Shown: positions 61,639 through 64,000 of the stretch, piece after piece | Numbering within the stretch: the stretch's first letter is position 1 | Layout of the letters: each line of letters starts with the position of its first letter | NCBI GenBank assembly: GCA_963748625.1 | Contig: CAVVJT010000002.1 | Location: 217,642-281,641, forward strand | Direction: 5' to 3' | Length of the DNA stretch: 64,000 bases | DNA from: an uncultured Chloroflexia bacterium | Lineage (GTDB): Bacteria; Chloroflexota; Limnocylindria; Limnocylindrales; CSP1-4 | Translations under genes and position numbers: made by a program | The notes under the pieces: model-generated | Databases searched by the model: none | The model's input: only the letters and a program-made list of their open reading frames with translations | Told to the model about the DNA's origin: nothing

Positions 61639-62607
61639 TCACAACAGGTCGCGGTGCTCAGTCACGCGGCGCAGGACGGCGCTGAAGGTGGGCTTCTGCT
61701 CGGCCGGCGAGAGCAGTCCCATCGAGATGGAGTAGGACTCCTCGAGCCACCCGCGCAGCGGCGTGCGTGGCGGCGGCGCGAAGGCCGGCGATGCCGCGAA
61801 CCCCGCCTCGGGTCGCTCGGTGTGCCCAGCGTAGTGTGCGTCGCTCATCATCTCGATCTCAGCGAGCAGGTGGCCGAACCGCACGCGGTCGCGGAGCCGT
61901 GCGAGGGTCGGTTGATGGTCGAGTAGCCGGTAGATGTCGTAGTAGTGGCGGCCGAAACGCTGCTTGTTCGGCGGGGCATCCGCGGTCCAAGTGCTCACCT
62001 GGTGGTGCAGCGCGACGAGCTTCTCGGTGAGGGTCCGCACCGGGTCGAGCACCCGGATGCGGAACGGGTCAAGATCGTCGGCGAACTCCGTCGGATCGAG
62101 CCCCGTCCAGCCGCCGACGAGGGTGCGGATCTCGCACATCTCCGACGGCGTGTCGCCCTCGGCGATCCGGGTTTCGAACAAGATCGCATCGGTGTTGATC
62201 GTCCTGCCAAAGCCACCTGTGTGTGCCCCCGGGTACCGCAGGTAGTCCCCGCGTGACGGGCTCCGGCCGTATCCCGGCTTGCGCGCCGCCTCCCAGCTGA
62301 TCCCGAGTTCCTGTGCCACGTCGGCGGTGAGCGCCTCCAAACGTCTGGCCCCGGCGGCCCCGCTCTCGTTAGCGTGCGGGATGACGACGATGTCGACGTC
62401 CTCGGAGAACCGGTTGATGATCCCGTACCCCTTGGACAGGCTCGTCCCGCCCTTTAGGACGAACCCACCAGCGCACACACGCGTGAGCGCTCGGAGCACC
62501 TGAGTGACCCAGTAGTCCTTCTCGATGAAGGCCGCGGGGTCGGGCAGGTCGCGGGCAGCGATTCCGAACACCTCGGGAAAGCCGTCTGCCTCGCGGAGGA
62601 GCGCCAT
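61639..62607 (-). CDS. AbiEii/AbiGii nucleotidyltransferase toxin
   Basis: 'IEKDYWV', 'LKGGTSLSK..RFSEDVD', 'EK', 'RHYYD'. Confidence 0.92.
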   Translation of the reverse strand: MALLREADGFPEVFGIAARDLPDPAAFIEKDYWVTQVLRALTRVCAGGFVLKGGTSLSKGYGIINRFSEDVDIVVIPHANESGAAGARRLEALTADVAQELGISWEAARKPGYGRSPSRGDYLRYPGAHTGGFGRTINTDAILFETRIAEGDTPSEMCEIRTLVGGWTGLDPTEFADDLDPFRIRVLDPVRTLTEKLVALHHQVSTWTADAPPNKQRFGRHYYDIYRLLDHQPTLARLRDRVRFGHLLAEIEMMSDAHYAGHTERPEAGFAASPAFAPPPRTPLRGWLEESYSISMGLLSPAEQKPTFSAVLRRVTEHRDLL

Positions 62608-63311
62608 CACCCGACCTCGCGGATGACCGCGAGCGCCCGGTCCTGGGCGGACCGGCTGCGGGCACGGGCAATTCGGCCGGCCTCGGCGGTACGTCCCATG
62701 AACTCGAGAACCGCACGAAGGCGCTCGCGGACGGCGGGCGGCTCGGTGGTCGAGGCTGTGATGAGGCGGTCGAGGCGGACGTCGGGCAGTGCGAGGGCCG
62801 CCTCGAAGCGATCGACCGCGGCAAGTGTGGGGAGTTCCACGAAGCGGTCCCAGCCCTCGAGCGCCTCGAGGATGGTCACTTCGGTCACGGAGAGCCGGGC
62901 CTTGCGCCGCCCGGCTCGGCTGGCGCGGTTCACGAGCTTGACGTCGGGCAAGCCAGTCGGGATCCGCCGCGTGACCGAAATCACCGGCACTGGGGCGACC
63001 TGGGTCGAGAGCCCCAGAAGATTCGTTGCGTACCACTCGGCCGCGCCGACGGCCTCAGACTGCCCCACTATCGAACGCACGGCATCGAGGGAGGGTGCCA
63101 CGGTCGTGCCAAAGCGGGTTGGCGTGCCTCGCCAGTAGACGCCACGACGCACGCGTTCGATTTCGCCGTCGGCAACCATCCGGCCGAGCGCGAGTTCGAC
63201 CGCGTGGGGCTCCCCCGTGAAGTCGGATGGCCGCCAGAACCGATTGGGCGTGCGGCGGACGCGGCGACGGATCGCAGCCGCCACCGAGTCGGCAGGTTTG
63301 ACTCTCACCAT
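62607..63311 (-). CDS. AbiEi-type antitoxin (DUF6088-like)
   Basis: wHTH 'LGRM...GEI.RVRRGVY', 'NLLGLSTQV'; abuts the toxin. Confidence 0.85.
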   Translation of the reverse strand: MVRVKPADSVAAAIRRRVRRTPNRFWRPSDFTGEPHAVELALGRMVADGEIERVRRGVYWRGTPTRFGTTVAPSLDAVRSIVGQSEAVGAAEWYATNLLGLSTQVAPVPVISVTRRIPTGLPDVKLVNRASRAGRRKARLSVTEVTILEALEGWDRFVELPTLAAVDRFEAALALPDVRLDRLITASTTEPPAVRERLRAVLEFMGRTAEAGRIARARSRSAQDRALAVIREVG

Positions 63312-63356
63312 GAGCGCATCCCGTGACGAGTACCTCTCATAACGAACGGGGCAACG

Positions 63357-63560
63357 GTGGCAGATCCGATCATCATCGTCAACCGGCGCGAGCGCCCAAC
63401 GACGACGATCCTCCTAGGGATCCTGCTGATCATCTTCTTCATCCTCCACGCCAAGGTCGACAGTTTCGTGATCCACGAGATCAACGTGCTCGTGCTCGTT
63501 GGCGTAGGCGGCTCCATGGGGGCATCGTCACCTCTGGCGGGGTCCGCGACGCCCAGATGA
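63357..63560 (+). CDS. Small hydrophobic protein
   Basis: One clear TM helix; weak RBS. Confidence 0.4.
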   Translation: MADPIIIVNRRERPTTTILLGILLIIFFILHAKVDSFVIHEINVLVLVGVGGSMGASSPLAGSATPR

Positions 63561-63603
63561 GGATGGCGCCTGGCGCGACCGATGCGCCCTCCTACGCCAT
63601 GTC

Positions 63604-63626
63604 CCGTACCACTTTCCGTACCACTT
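63604..63626 (+). repeat. Direct repeat CCGTACCACTT x2, possible integrase arm sites
   Basis: 12-bp period, ~95 bp from the tRNA 3' end. Confidence 0.55.
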
Positions 63627-63679
63627 GCGCGGCGATTCAGGGCGGGTCGCAGCGCTACAGGACACCAGCCGGGAATCAA

Positions 63680-63707
63680 GAAATCCGCCTCGATTGAGGC
63701 GGATTTC
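63680..63707 (-). terminator. tRNA-Thr terminator
   Basis: GAAATCCGCCTC-GATT-GAGGCGGATTTC with a T-rich tail on the minus strand. Confidence 0.8.
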
Positions 63708-63719
63708 GTGTTCGTCAGG

Positions 63720-63794
63720 TGGAGCCGACACTCGGATTTGAACCGAGGACCTGCTGTTTACGAAACAGCTGCTCTACCGCTGAGCTATGTCGGC
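63720..63794 (-). tRNA. tRNA-Thr(CGT)
   Basis: GCCGACATAGCTCAGCGGTAGAGCA GCTGT-TTCGTAA-ACAGC AGGTCCTCGGTTCAAATCCGAGTGTCGGCTCCA. Confidence 0.97.
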
Positions 63795-64000
63795 GCGGAC
63801 CGCATTCTAGCAACCCTTGCCGTGCACGGCGACTCCCCGGTGGATCGGTCTGGGTTGACGGTGGACGGCTACGACTGCGGTAACCGGCCCGTCGACCGTG
63901 CGGCGGAGCTGGCCACGATCCGGGCCGACCTGCCGTCCCTGCGGGCGACGGTGGTGGTGCCGTACCTCCGGCGCGCCGAGGCGGACGCCGTCGCCGGCGG

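Larger units (their letters stand above)
45494..63719. mobile_element. Genomic island at tRNA-Thr(CGT): two tandem units, no integrase visible
   Basis: Flanking tRNA repeat, R-M/TA cargo, lower-GC segments. Confidence 0.85.

Noticed and set aside
63323-63697. Integrase remnant next to the tRNA
   Set aside because: No catalytic R/HxxR/Y pattern in any frame I could read.

Overview
Very GC-rich bacterial DNA whose gene style resembles Actinomycetota/Chloroflexota (inference only). Most of it is accessory sequence lying 3' of a tRNA-Thr(CGT) gene at 63720-63794 (-). Left to right: a general-stress cluster (CsbD, GlsB/YeaQ, YggT-like, GGDEF, atypical OmpR regulator) with four copies of a shared promoter motif; a patchwork of small modules (MarR/SDR, lipoproteins, deacetylase, MFS, three two-component systems, VapBC, an eCIS-effector-like protein, kdgK-like/gnd, MalT-like LuxR locus); then an ~18 kb island between the tRNA and a 46-bp duplicate of its 3' half at 45448-45493. 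The island splits into two tandem units with homologous ~150-bp ends: a catabolic ABC-transporter unit and a defence unit (type I R-M, an unknown PD-(D/E)xK nuclease, AbiE toxin-antitoxin). No integrase is visible. Diverged relatives of the tRNA 3'-end plus terminator recur at ~8531, ~24664 and ~25239, two of them inside a 424-bp direct repeat, suggesting repeated cassette-like accretion at this tRNA. Many indels in 52.7-59.7 kb may be sequencing errors. All protein calls come from motif recognition by eye, with no database search.
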